Source of the DNA: a virus
Virus record (IMG/VR): IMGVR_UViG_3300050025_000126
Span: 43,277 to 107,276 of that record
Strand: one strand, 5' to 3'
DNA length: 64,000 nt
The position numbers and the translations under genes are program-made. Shown one piece after another: positions 9,777-18,773 of the stretch (positions are counted from its first letter, which is position 1; each line of letters begins with the position of its first letter). Under the pieces are notes generated by a model that was given only the letters and a program-made list of their open reading frames with translations, searched no databases and had not been told where the DNA came from.

Positions 9777-10253
9777 CTACTTCTTGTTCTTTTTGGCAAG
9801 CAATTTCTTTGTACGCTTTGTGATTTCTAGGTCTACGAACAACCTGGCCATACGTAGCCGCTTGGGTTCTTCAAATGCGTCAAAAAACCACAAATAAAAC
9901 AAGGCCTTCTCAATGTTCCTAGGTGCCTTCCCTACGATGGCGACAATCTTATTACCGCTCTGGTGGTTAAGGCACGAAGAGTCTTGCTTCCAGCGATTCT
10001 TTTTGTCTCCCTTACGGAACCTAAGGGTCTTTCCTGTCTGTTGAAAGTATTCCCTATTGACATACCAACGGGCCTTCTTCAAATCCTCTAGGGGGCTCCA
10101 TTTGTTTTCAAAACGGAACAGATACTTAAAGGCGTTCCCAGGATTAAATCCCATATATCCACACATTTCAATTGCTTCTATACCAGAAGGGTGCGAGGTA
10201 TAATGCGCTGGGTGGTTTACGGGATTGTTGACGAGCTTAGACTTTTTGGCCAT
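9777..10253 (-). CDS. DUF3310 / T7 gp1.7-like protein
   Basis: VNHPAHY...GNAFKY...EDLKKARWY; start at 10253 lies 7 nt below a TATAAT. Confidence 0.8.
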   Translation of the reverse strand: MAKKSKLVNNPVNHPAHYTSHPSGIEAIEMCGYMGFNPGNAFKYLFRFENKWSPLEDLKKARWYVNREYFQQTGKTLRFRKGDKKNRWKQDSSCLNHQSGNKIVAIVGKAPRNIEKALFYLWFFDAFEEPKRLRMARLFVDLEITKRTKKLLAKKNKK

Positions 10254-10294
10254 ACTGGTAATTATACTCCGTTTGTTGAAATTGTAAAGCAAAA

Positions 10295-10444
10295 GCCTGA
10301 GGTAGGGATTGCACCTACACCGTCGTCGGTTCTGGCCTACGCCTTGATTGGATACTTGGGCCGAGGCCTTGCGCCTGTCAAGGTTGGTAGGATTACTAAG
10401 ACGAAAGTTCCCTTAAGCCGCTAGCAGCACTTCGGAACTCAGTT
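10295..10444 (-). ncRNA. tRNA-like RNA A5 (about 150 nt; acceptor-like stem and T-arm, non-tRNA core)
   Basis: CTGAG/CTCAG terminal stem; GTAGG-TGCAATC-CCTAC T-arm; internal hairpin CCTTG-ACAGGCG-CAAGG. Confidence 0.5.
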
Positions 10445-10446
10445 CG

Positions 10447-10568
10447 TGTACAGGTTTGGAATCGAACCAAAAATTCCACCGGTTCAAGGTGGTGATTTAC
10501 CTCTGCGTATCTGTAGATGTGGGTGACTATAGATTCCACAACCCAGATTATCTTTAATCTACCTGCAC
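10447..10568 (-). ncRNA. tRNA-like RNA A4: Phe(GAA)-like cloverleaf with about 50-nt D-loop insertion
   Basis: GTGCAGG/CCTGTAC acceptor; TA; GATT/AATC D-stem; CCACC-TTGAACC-GGTGG; TTTGG-TTCGATT-CCAAA. Confidence 0.65.
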
Positions 10569-10577
10569 GTATTAAAT

Positions 10578-10640
10578 TGGTGCGGAACAGCGTCTTATAC
10601 GGGGCGATAGCGCCTATCTCATATAGGTCCGATGTTCCGT
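10578..10640 (-). ncRNA. Mini tRNA-like RNA A3 (63 nt) with encoded ACCA end
   Basis: CGGAACA/TGTTCCG stem followed by CACCA; internal CCTAT/ATAGG hairpin. Confidence 0.5.
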
Positions 10641-10642
10641 TT

Positions 10643-10742
10643 GGGCAGGAGGAAGGAATCGAACCTTCGGTAGAGCGTATTCGTTAGAATCTTGCTCTGG
10701 CGGTCGTAATGCTGCTGTGTCTACCACTTCACCACTCCTGCC
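10643..10742 (-). ncRNA. tRNA-like RNA A2: Leu-type scaffold with mismatched anticodon arm and oversized variable arm
   Basis: GGCAGGAG/CTCCTGCC; D-arm GTG-AAGTGGTAGA-CAC; AGAGC...GCTCT arm; GAAGG-TTCGATT-CCTTC. Confidence 0.65.
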
Positions 10743-10746
10743 ATAT

Positions 10747-10879
10747 TTGCCCTCTTGTAGCTTTTTATCCGGATTAGTTATGCTACGACTGTAAGGTCGG
10801 TAAACGTCATTCCTTACTGTTCTGCGGATGCTCTCCAGCTGTCAATGACCGACTGGCATATCTACCACCGCAGGGGCAA
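10747..10879 (-). ncRNA. Structured multi-stem RNA A1
   Basis: TTGCCC/GGGCAA closing stem enclosing TGCGG/CCGCA, GTAAGG/CCTTAC and GTAGC/GCTAC arms. Confidence 0.4.
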
Positions 10880-10885
10880 TGTTAA

Positions 10886-11134
10886 TTACTTCTTTGCAAT
10901 CGGATTAAACAGACTGAACCCAATAAAGTAAATAGGTACAACTACCGTCTCTACCAAAAGAGCTGTCCAAATAATATTTCCTACGCTTACCTCATAGCGG
11001 ATTGTGGGGTCTTTGTTTTCGTCCTTGTTCAGTAGGCCATATGTAGGCTGACACTTACCTTCGATTACCTTTGGTTCTCCACACCCAACCATTAGACAGG
11101 CGCTTAGAACCACGGCAGCAATCAACTTCTTCAT
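10886..11134 (-). CDS. Small lipoprotein with C-terminal hydrophobic segment
   Basis: Signal peptide with LMVGC lipobox. Confidence 0.75.
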   Translation of the reverse strand: MKKLIAAVVLSACLMVGCGEPKVIEGKCQPTYGLLNKDENKDPTIRYEVSVGNIIWTALLVETVVVPIYFIGFSLFNPIAKK

Positions 11135-11352
11135 TACTCTACCACCGGCTCTTCCACAACCTTCTTGGCCCGTGTCTTGACAGGCACTCCAGTTGCTGCA
11201 CTGCGAAGCTCATACATCCTCTTGAGGCCCATACGGCTACCATGCTTGAGAGCCAGGGCTTCGTTGACGTCCTTTACAGAGCCGCCAGCCTTAAACGCCG
11301 CTAGGGCTTCTGCTTCTCGTTCTTCTACTACATTCTTTGCTAATCGTCCCAT
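11134..11352 (-). CDS. Small basic, possibly HTH DNA-binding early protein
   Basis: 72-aa ORF directly under a consensus promoter. Confidence 0.6.
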   Translation of the reverse strand: MGRLAKNVVEEREAEALAAFKAGGSVKDVNEALALKHGSRMGLKRMYELRSAATGVPVKTRAKKVVEEPVVE

Positions 11353-11374
11353 TTTACTTCCTTTCGATTTTGTA

Positions 11375-11402
11375 ATTATATCAGGTTTCTTTTTGTTGTC
11401 AA
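11375..11402 (-). promoter_or_regulatory. Strong sigma70-type early promoter
   Basis: TTGACA-16-TATAAT with extended TG; leader sequence duplicated at about 11772-11795. Confidence 0.8.
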
Positions 11403-11554
11403 CCTACGTTTTCGGATTCAGCCGCCAGCACCTTAGTACCGAGCATTGCGTCAAGCTGGGCCTGTTGCTCCTTGGTTAAGGGTTCTCCTAGCTTTGGAAA
11501 ACATCGCAAAACATCGTTCTTCTTTAGGTTCTTTGGTACACTTGTTTTTCCCAT
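11399..11554 (-). CDS. Small hypothetical protein (51 aa, not in ORF track)
   Basis: AAGGAG RBS; MGKTSVPKNLKK...SENVG*. Confidence 0.6.
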   Translation of the reverse strand: MGKTSVPKNLKKNDVLRCFPKLGEPLTKEQQAQLDAMLGTKVLAAESENVG

Positions 11555-11563
11555 TTCGCTCCT

Positions 11564-11764
11564 TCAATTAAGCCACGGATAATAAGTAATGGCCGTTCCA
11601 TCTTCTAGAACGTCCACAAACCATGATTCTTCCCCTGGGTTTACGTCACGTAATACGCCAGCGGTCTTGTCAGATACAATCGCATCCAACATTTTGGCCC
11701 CAGGAAGACATCCTCCGTTGAAGCCAAGCTCTCCGTTCAAAAAGTTCTTTAGATTTGCTTTCAT
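11564..11764 (-). CDS. Small hypothetical early protein
   Basis: 66-aa ORF downstream of promoter. Confidence 0.65.
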   Translation of the reverse strand: MKANLKNFLNGELGFNGGCLPGAKMLDAIVSDKTAGVLRDVNPGEESWFVDVLEDGTAITYYPWLN

Positions 11765-11786
11765 ATGTTTCCCTTTCGATTTTGTA

Positions 11787-11824
11787 ATTGTATCATATTT
11801 TTAAACCACGTCAACAACAATCTT
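11787..11824. promoter_or_regulatory. Divergent promoter cassette
   Basis: Minus TTGACG-16-TACAAT; plus GTCAACAACAATCTT 7 nt before ATG 11832. Confidence 0.7.
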
Positions 11825-11831
11825 TAAAACG

Positions 11832-14800
11832 ATGAGTATTTCGTCGACACCAACGCCCCAGTCGTATCAGCAAATTTTAGGTGCTCAGCTTAACACTGTG
11901 CGTAGTAGACTTGGGTTAAGGAAATTCAAACCAGGTGGCCAATTCCTCACGATTTTCGAGGCTTCTGCCCAAAGTGACGCCCGTATTTCCGCCGACGTTT
12001 TCAAAGGTTTACTATCACAGGACCTGGATGCGTCAGAAGGCATTGTTCTAGACCGTATTGGTAATAGCGAAGGTGTGCCACGACGCAGCAAGAAAGCTTC
12101 TCAGGGTCAGATTACAGTTACCGACCCATCGTTTCAAAAAGTTTCGTCTACTGTATATCATGGTAAGCCAGCTCCTATCGTTGGCTCAGTGTCGGTATAT
12201 GTAAGCAAAGGTAGTACGTTTGATTTAGCCCCTCCCACAGGTCAAGTTTACCTAGGCCGAGGAACAGTTAATTACGAAGGGCCTCTAAGCTATTCAGCTA
12301 AAACAGATTCTGGATCTTGCTGGACTCTGACCCTTTCGTCAACTACTAAATTCCACAACCAAGGCGAATCTGTAATCTTAGCTCAGGGCGGCAATAGGCC
12401 TATCCAAATTGGTCAAATCGTTTCAACTACCCAAGGCGCCTCGACTGCCCCCGTCACCTTTACAACTGCCCAAGCCGCCGCTGTAGCCGATGGTGAAGTA
12501 CAAATAGACCTAGTCCCTATTACTTGTACGGTCGATGGCATTGCCGGTAACCTAGCTCCTAATAGCATCGTCTCGTTTGGCGACTCTCCTCCATTTACAA
12601 ACGCAACAGTTACCAACCCCAAGGCTATTAGCTTCGGTAGAGATGTAGAACAAGACAACGATTACAGAGATAGAATTAGGCAGGCAAGAGCTGACAAGCA
12701 AAGAGGGACAGCTACCGCCATTAAAGGCGCCGTTATTGATATAACTACCTCCGATGAAACCTCTTCTGTTCTTTCAGCTAATGTAGTCAAACGCAAAGAC
12801 AAGCCTACCGTTCTATATATTGATGATGGTAATGGATATGAAGAAAAGTCTGATGGTGTAGGTTATGAAACCGTTGTAGACCAAGCTGCTGGTGGAGAGA
12901 CAGATTTTCTATCTATTATGTCTCCTATTGCTCAGGCCTATGTAGAAGCAACTAACCAAGCTCCTTATACAATTCTAGACGGAACAACTCTTACAATTAG
13001 AGTTGGTGGAGTAAGTTCTACCCACTACTTTGATTCAGCTACTTTTACTTCACCTCTATCTGCGTCATCTTTTGATGTGGTGTCGTCTGTAAATGCTAAT
13101 TCAAGCCTTCTATTCCAGGCTAGACTTGCTCAAAACACAGCTTCAGTTGCTTTCTACGCAAAGTCAGAAACCAATGATGACCTACAGGTTATTCTGGCTC
13201 CAGACCCTACTATGGATGCGGCAGTTGTATTGGGATTAAGTACCGCTCCAGTCTACACTACTTCTCTGTATAGAAACGACGTTCTTCTTTCTAAGGATGG
13301 TCTTTTAGCTCAAGTCGTATCGAATCCTTTCTCTACTTGGTCGCCTTTGTTTACTTCTGAAACCCTTATCGTAAACACTGACGCAACAGGTAATATCACC
13401 GTTACAATTAATGACACGGATTTTCAAAACCTTGGATACCCAGCCCTAAGCAACGCCGACCCTAAGACTTGGGCTGACGTATTGTCCCATAAAATCCCAG
13501 GCGTAACCGCTACAGACGAAATCGACAAAGTAATCCTTACCTCTAACAAAGGCCGCTCTTCGTTAGCGTCTGTTTCTATTATAGGAGGTACTCTTGTAAC
13601 CAAGGGCGTATTTGCTCCTTCTTCTAGTTTTGGTGTTTCTAACGACTATAGCGTAGACCGTTCAGTCGGAGCGATTGCTATAAACACATCTTTGATTCAG
13701 GACGACCTTTTAAGCCTTGGTACTCAATGGTCAGAAGCCTTTATTGAAACCGACTTCGGCTATAACTTTATCGACCTTACCTCTGACGCTTCTTATTATC
13801 TAATTGTTGACGATAATACCTCCGAGATAATCCCAACCAGTATGTTTAGAGCCGGTCTCTTTACGGCACAGCGTTTTGAAAGTTCTCCCCTCTTTACCTC
13901 TTTTGATATTTGTGATGGAACTGCTCCTGGCCCTATTCTTCCAGATATTACAGTTCCTGGCGCAGCTGATGGTGATTGGGTTTTGTTGACTGACCCTGCT
14001 TTTGATCCTACTTGGAAAGGTGTTTACAGGAACAGCGCAGACAACCTAATTAGAATTATCAAAGACGCAGATACAGCTACTAGAATTGGTCATACTTCTA
14101 CAGCTCTGGATGGCACTGCTTCTCTGTTTGTGTTAATTTGCGGCGGGTTAACTACTATTCAAAGCGGCGTTGGTTTGCCTGGGGCCATTAAGGGACGTGG
14201 CGTCACGGGGAATTGTCGTCTATATGATGCTAATTTAGGTGCGTGGATTCAACTACCCGATTTGATTACTCCTAGAGCTTACCACACCGCAACTCTTTTG
14301 CCAAGTGGTAAGGTGTGGATTACTGGCGGATTTGACGCATCTGGCAATCCGTTGGCGTCAACCGAAACTTTCGACCCAACCACAAGAACCTTTACTGCTG
14401 GGCCTCCTCTTCCTATTAGCTCTGTAGACCTTACTCCTCAACCCAGAGTCCACCATACGGCGACCTTGTTGACAAATGGTCAGGTGGTTGTTGTAGGTGG
14501 ATGTAAGACAACCGCTTTGGGTGACTCAGCCCTAAACACAAGCGTTCAATACGAACCAATCACAGGAACCTATCTCCACGACGGCACCCTCCATGTCGCT
14601 AGATATGGGCACCAGGCTCTATTAGACGTCACCCAAGACCTTGTTATTGTTTTTGGGGGTGTCTCTACCATTGCAGCCCCTGCCACGCCTATAACGAGCG
14701 TAGAGAGCTATACAGACACTGTCTCCACTTGGTTTAATAGAGTCCCCATGACCAGTGGCAGGGCGTTCTTTGGTGCTGAAAAGATTCTTGGGGGAGCTAA

Positions 14801-17800
14801 TAGTAAAATCGTTGTAGCCGGTGGCTCGCTGCATCTATTTTCAGACAACTCTGTAACCACTACGGCAGCTACAGGTACGTATCAAACCTATACTCCTGCT
14901 ACCGACAGCTGGACTACAGAAAGCAATATCAACACAAACGTTCCTACTATAACTATAAATTTTGCTCAAAGCGACCTGGTAAGAACTTATACAACAAATA
15001 CCGTTATCTTAGGCGGACTTGCTAGCCAGCTTCTAAAATACAACAATTCAACGGACGCTTGGGACGCTTTAAGTGCCGACCCAGGTATCAGCCTTTATAT
15101 TGTCAGTAGGGAAGGGTTTACAGCATCAGCCCCTATAAGTGGTGGTCCTAAGGGCGATAACTGTGCCTGGTTTGGTGGAGCTATTCCAAACTCGACTTCA
15201 GAACAGAGCTTCCAAGGCATCGCTAACGTAGACTTTTTGGATACGGTGGTAAACCTAAGAAACCATCCATATCCTGTGTTTGCTTCTCTAGCTCTAACAA
15301 ATGGTCGAGTTACCGTTGTAAGAAGCGAAACTCCTCCAGATGTAATTACTGTGCCTGCTAATGGTGGAACTTTCTATACAGCAGATTCCTTTGCTCCAGC
15401 CATTAACTTAATCGCTCAAAACGAAGTAGCAAAAGTAAAAGACACTACCAAGGTAAGGCTGTCAACTCTATCTACCGACGGGTCTATTTCTATTGTTGAC
15501 CAAGACACGACCCTACCTGTATTCGCACCTAAGAAGACAGTTGTAAGTCAAAGGTCCCAGCACGCTATCGTTGTTTCTGGTAGCGATATCTCTGTTCCTT
15601 CTGGATTCCAACTACGCACTGTTTCATCTAAGACGGCCAACTCAACCGGGTTACCTCAATCCGTCATTCTTCCAGACTATGGCCCTGAATTAGACTTAGG
15701 ACACATCCCAGAACCGCTAAATATTAACGGTAAGGTTGTAGGACTAAAAAATATTCCGTTTGGTGGTCCGCCAGTAATTTCCAGATCAACCGATTTTGGC
15801 TTTGGCGACGCTAAAGGTGTTACTTCGCTTATTGGTAGTTTTAGCAGCCCAGGAGTTTTTGAAGAGACCTCAACCTCTACAGTTTCTTCTTTGGGTTCTT
15901 ACCTTGGTCTTCGGTCTGCTTTGCCTGTGACCGTTGGTAACCCCGTTTATGTAGCAGAGCCTTTCAAGTTCTCAGTGTCTGACTTTCTGGACATAACCGT
16001 TGATGGAGACAGCTCTACAAAGCGATTCTCTGTTCCTATGGCTAGAAAGATGACTACTGTTGGTAGCTATCAATCTCCCCTAACGCTTAAAGACGCCGAC
16101 AATTCTAATTCTACGATTGCCACTGCCTTTGGGACTGACTATAGCTTTGACGACTTTGCTATTCTTTCAAGGGCTAGGGTAATTTCAGACCCAGCTGATG
16201 TTAGCAAGCGGGCCTTGTGGCGATATTACCGATACGGTGAAGAGGGCAACTATGCCTCTGTAAGGTACGTTTGGCCAACAGGACCCAACCAACCTATATC
16301 CGTGTCTGCTAGTTCTGTTCAAAAGCCCTCGGACTTTTCTTATTATAAAGGCCTCCCCAAGGCAACTACCGATATCAATATTGGAAGCGGAGCATTGCGC
16401 AAAAACCGTAATATTTCTCTTAATACCAGAATTGGTGTAGGTAAAGGTAGCGTAATCCTTACAAGCAACAACATTTGGACAGTTACATTACAAGTAGGCT
16501 TCACAGTTGTTAATGCTAGTCGACTTGTTCTCAATGGAGACACAACCCTTAATATTACCACTCTGTTTGGTCCAGGTCTACCCGGCCCAGGTCTAAATCC
16601 TGGCGATGTTTTATGGTTTGAGGGAAGTTCTCCGGCTTCTTCTACTTTGCAAACCGGGCAGTTTGTAATTAAAACCATCGCTCCAGCAGGGCCTCCGGGG
16701 GCATGGACAATCACTATCAACTCCATGATGTTGAATGATGGTACGATTTGGCCTCTTACAGCCAATCCCGGTACGATTAGCACAGACCCAAATCAAAAAG
16801 CTAAGTTTGACGATGAAGTTCTTGTAGGAGATTTGATCTCCTTTAATGATCCTACTGGCAATCTGACAAGTGAAGTTATGGCTATTTCGGTTATTGACCC
16901 AAATCGTCAATACATTGAATGTAACGCCGTAAACTTCAACCCAACTCCTGTAAGCACATTAGCTTACGGAACGATGCCCAAGCTAACCGACCTACAAATC
17001 TTTGCTCCAGCTTCAAATACAATTACTTCTGTCGTAGCTGCCGTTAACGCCAATCCTAATAGCCCCATCCAAGGAACTGTGACGGGTACGGGCGCAGGCA
17101 TTATCAATACCGCTAGTTGGGTTTCTGGTTCCAACGCAGATTTTAGGTACAATCTAAGCGACGGTATCAATTACGTAGCAAACACCAACAAGCCCGCTAA
17201 CCCAACCATCCAAACCACGTTCTACCTTAAGTTGCCGGTAACAGGTTCCTTAACAACAAACAACGATTTCGCAAATGAAACGTTTTACGTCATTCCTCAA
17301 TTAGCTTCATCGGTTGTTAAGTGGCTAAACACTCCACCCGTAACGGGTTTGTGGTCAGTTGCGTCAATAACTACTTGCGCGGATGGTAGCAAGGTCCAAA
17401 TTAAATCCAACACTGCCGGAAGCGCCGGGTCAATTCTTGTTGAAGGCGGCACTGCAAATCTAAAAACTGCCGCAGTAATCGGTCAGGCCACAGAAAGTCA
17501 ATTTAACAGCAACCTAACCAGCGGCTTAGTCATTACCACCACAGCCGCTGAAGCTGAAGGGTTTTGCGGCAACTCTTGGGTAGAGCTTAATAATACCGAA
17601 AGACTTCCCAAGCTAGTCGATACTTCTCCTAATTGGTCTGGAAATACAATTACGTCGATTTCTCCTGGTGGTCTAATCACATTTTCAGCTCCTCCCTATT
17701 ACCTTTCTGATCTTGGAAGTGGCTCGCCGGTATTCTTCACTGTAGAAAAAGTAGGCAAATACGTAACTATAAACCTCCTTAAGTCATTCTGCGATATTTC

Positions 17801-18773
17801 TCTATTTCACGCCCCTACAGACTGGATATGGTTACAGGATTCAATTATATCGGGTATCTTCAAAATCCTTAGAGTTTCTCAGACCGAATCGGCCTATACA
17901 TATTGGATTGATTATCCAGAAGCAATTGAATCCACAGCTGGTCATAGCCTAGTCCATACGATTTCTGGATATAGCCCTATCCCAGGCGATACACTATCTA
18001 TTAATAGCAACGTTTTTGGTGAAGCAAATCGTGGTAGTTGGATTGTTACTAACGTAGGCAATGGGTACACGGACAATACTCTAAAGGTGTCTGTGGTTGA
18101 CAAACCTCTTGTTGCCTTTTCGGGTAGTGTATCTACAAAAGTAAAAGATGTCTCTGTTGTAGAAAAACTTCCTTTGACAGCAATCAAGAAATTGTTGTCC
18201 GTATCGCCAAATTCTGCGAACACAGAAAACGCAGACCTTCTCTTGGACGATGCGTCAAACATTGAAAGCTGGAGCCAATCTGCTGGCACCGTGTTGACAT
18301 CTCTAAGCAAGCTGTCCTTCCCAAATACAATTCAAGTGGGCAATGATGCCTATCGTTTCAATACCGGTCTAATCGCAGAGTCAAAGCGCGTCATTTACGG
18401 AGACAGCGCAGACGTTGATAACTACCCAGGTTACGTATCAGATGGAGCAAGAGTCCTAATTCAAGGTCCAACTATCAAGCAAATAAAGCTAATTCTTCAG
18501 GTAAGACTCCAAAGCAACGATATTACATCTGCTGATATCGTAGGGTCTATAAAGTCTGCTGTAGCTGGAGTCGTAAATTCTTCCCCTGTTGGATTCCCGA
18601 TTGCTATTTCAGACATCGTCTCAGCTGCACAAGCCATTAGCGGCGTTATTGCCGTTAGCGTGGTTTCTCCCGCTTACAGCTCTGTGCAAGACCAGATTCC
18701 AGTAAGAGGTCAAGAAAAGGCTATGGTTGTTGACCTTGATAATGATATCAAAATCCTAATCGTAGGTAACTAA
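11832..18773 (+). CDS. Giant baseplate J/wedge-like protein with inserted Kelch beta-propeller
   Basis: LDRIG...RR, GIAGN...GRDVEQDNDYRDRI...GT and C-terminal ISDIVSAAQAISGVIAV baseplate-J motifs; PRAYHTATLLPSGKVWITGG Kelch repeats. Confidence 0.85.
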   Translation: MSISSTPTPQSYQQILGAQLNTVRSRLGLRKFKPGGQFLTIFEASAQSDARISADVFKGLLSQDLDASEGIVLDRIGNSEGVPRRSKKASQGQITVTDPSFQKVSSTVYHGKPAPIVGSVSVYVSKGSTFDLAPPTGQVYLGRGTVNYEGPLSYSAKTDSGSCWTLTLSSTTKFHNQGESVILAQGGNRPIQIGQIVSTTQGASTAPVTFTTAQAAAVADGEVQIDLVPITCTVDGIAGNLAPNSIVSFGDSPPFTNATVTNPKAISFGRDVEQDNDYRDRIRQARADKQRGTATAIKGAVIDITTSDETSSVLSANVVKRKDKPTVLYIDDGNGYEEKSDGVGYETVVDQAAGGETDFLSIMSPIAQAYVEATNQAPYTILDGTTLTIRVGGVSSTHYFDSATFTSPLSASSFDVVSSVNANSSLLFQARLAQNTASVAFYAKSETNDDLQVILAPDPTMDAAVVLGLSTAPVYTTSLYRNDVLLSKDGLLAQVVSNPFSTWSPLFTSETLIVNTDATGNITVTINDTDFQNLGYPALSNADPKTWADVLSHKIPGVTATDEIDKVILTSNKGRSSLASVSIIGGTLVTKGVFAPSSSFGVSNDYSVDRSVGAIAINTSLIQDDLLSLGTQWSEAFIETDFGYNFIDLTSDASYYLIVDDNTSEIIPTSMFRAGLFTAQRFESSPLFTSFDICDGTAPGPILPDITVPGAADGDWVLLTDPAFDPTWKGVYRNSADNLIRIIKDADTATRIGHTSTALDGTASLFVLICGGLTTIQSGVGLPGAIKGRGVTGNCRLYDANLGAWIQLPDLITPRAYHTATLLPSGKVWITGGFDASGNPLASTETFDPTTRTFTAGPPLPISSVDLTPQPRVHHTATLLTNGQVVVVGGCKTTALGDSALNTSVQYEPITGTYLHDGTLHVARYGHQALLDVTQDLVIVFGGVSTIAAPATPITSVESYTDTVSTWFNRVPMTSGRAFFGAEKILGGANSKIVVAGGSLHLFSDNSVTTTAATGTYQTYTPATDSWTTESNINTNVPTITINFAQSDLVRTYTTNTVILGGLASQLLKYNNSTDAWDALSADPGISLYIVSREGFTASAPISGGPKGDNCAWFGGAIPNSTSEQSFQGIANVDFLDTVVNLRNHPYPVFASLALTNGRVTVVRSETPPDVITVPANGGTFYTADSFAPAINLIAQNEVAKVKDTTKVRLSTLSTDGSISIVDQDTTLPVFAPKKTVVSQRSQHAIVVSGSDISVPSGFQLRTVSSKTANSTGLPQSVILPDYGPELDLGHIPEPLNINGKVVGLKNIPFGGPPVISRSTDFGFGDAKGVTSLIGSFSSPGVFEETSTSTVSSLGSYLGLRSALPVTVGNPVYVAEPFKFSVSDFLDITVDGDSSTKRFSVPMARKMTTVGSYQSPLTLKDADNSNSTIATAFGTDYSFDDFAILSRARVISDPADVSKRALWRYYRYGEEGNYASVRYVWPTGPNQPISVSASSVQKPSDFSYYKGLPKATTDINIGSGALRKNRNISLNTRIGVGKGSVILTSNNIWTVTLQVGFTVVNASRLVLNGDTTLNITTLFGPGLPGPGLNPGDVLWFEGSSPASSTLQTGQFVIKTIAPAGPPGAWTITINSMMLNDGTIWPLTANPGTISTDPNQKAKFDDEVLVGDLISFNDPTGNLTSEVMAISVIDPNRQYIECNAVNFNPTPVSTLAYGTMPKLTDLQIFAPASNTITSVVAAVNANPNSPIQGTVTGTGAGIINTASWVSGSNADFRYNLSDGINYVANTNKPANPTIQTTFYLKLPVTGSLTTNNDFANETFYVIPQLASSVVKWLNTPPVTGLWSVASITTCADGSKVQIKSNTAGSAGSILVEGGTANLKTAAVIGQATESQFNSNLTSGLVITTTAAEAEGFCGNSWVELNNTERLPKLVDTSPNWSGNTITSISPGGLITFSAPPYYLSDLGSGSPVFFTVEKVGKYVTINLLKSFCDISLFHAPTDWIWLQDSIISGIFKILRVSQTESAYTYWIDYPEAIESTAGHSLVHTISGYSPIPGDTLSINSNVFGEANRGSWIVTNVGNGYTDNTLKVSVVDKPLVAFSGSVSTKVKDVSVVEKLPLTAIKKLLSVSPNSANTENADLLLDDASNIESWSQSAGTVLTSLSKLSFPNTIQVGNDAYRFNTGLIAESKRVIYGDSADVDNYPGYVSDGARVLIQGPTIKQIKLILQVRLQSNDITSADIVGSIKSAVAGVVNSSPVGFPIAISDIVSAAQAISGVIAVSVVSPAYSSVQDQIPVRGQEKAMVVDLDNDIKILIVGN

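Noticed and set aside
10191-10424. Plus-strand ORFs over the RNA arrays (also 39575-39772) and the 5' extension of 37843-38868
   Set aside because: No RBS or motifs; they overlap structured RNA elements
10295-10444. tmRNA
   Set aside because: Only about 150 nt, no tag reading frame, no Ala acceptor signature
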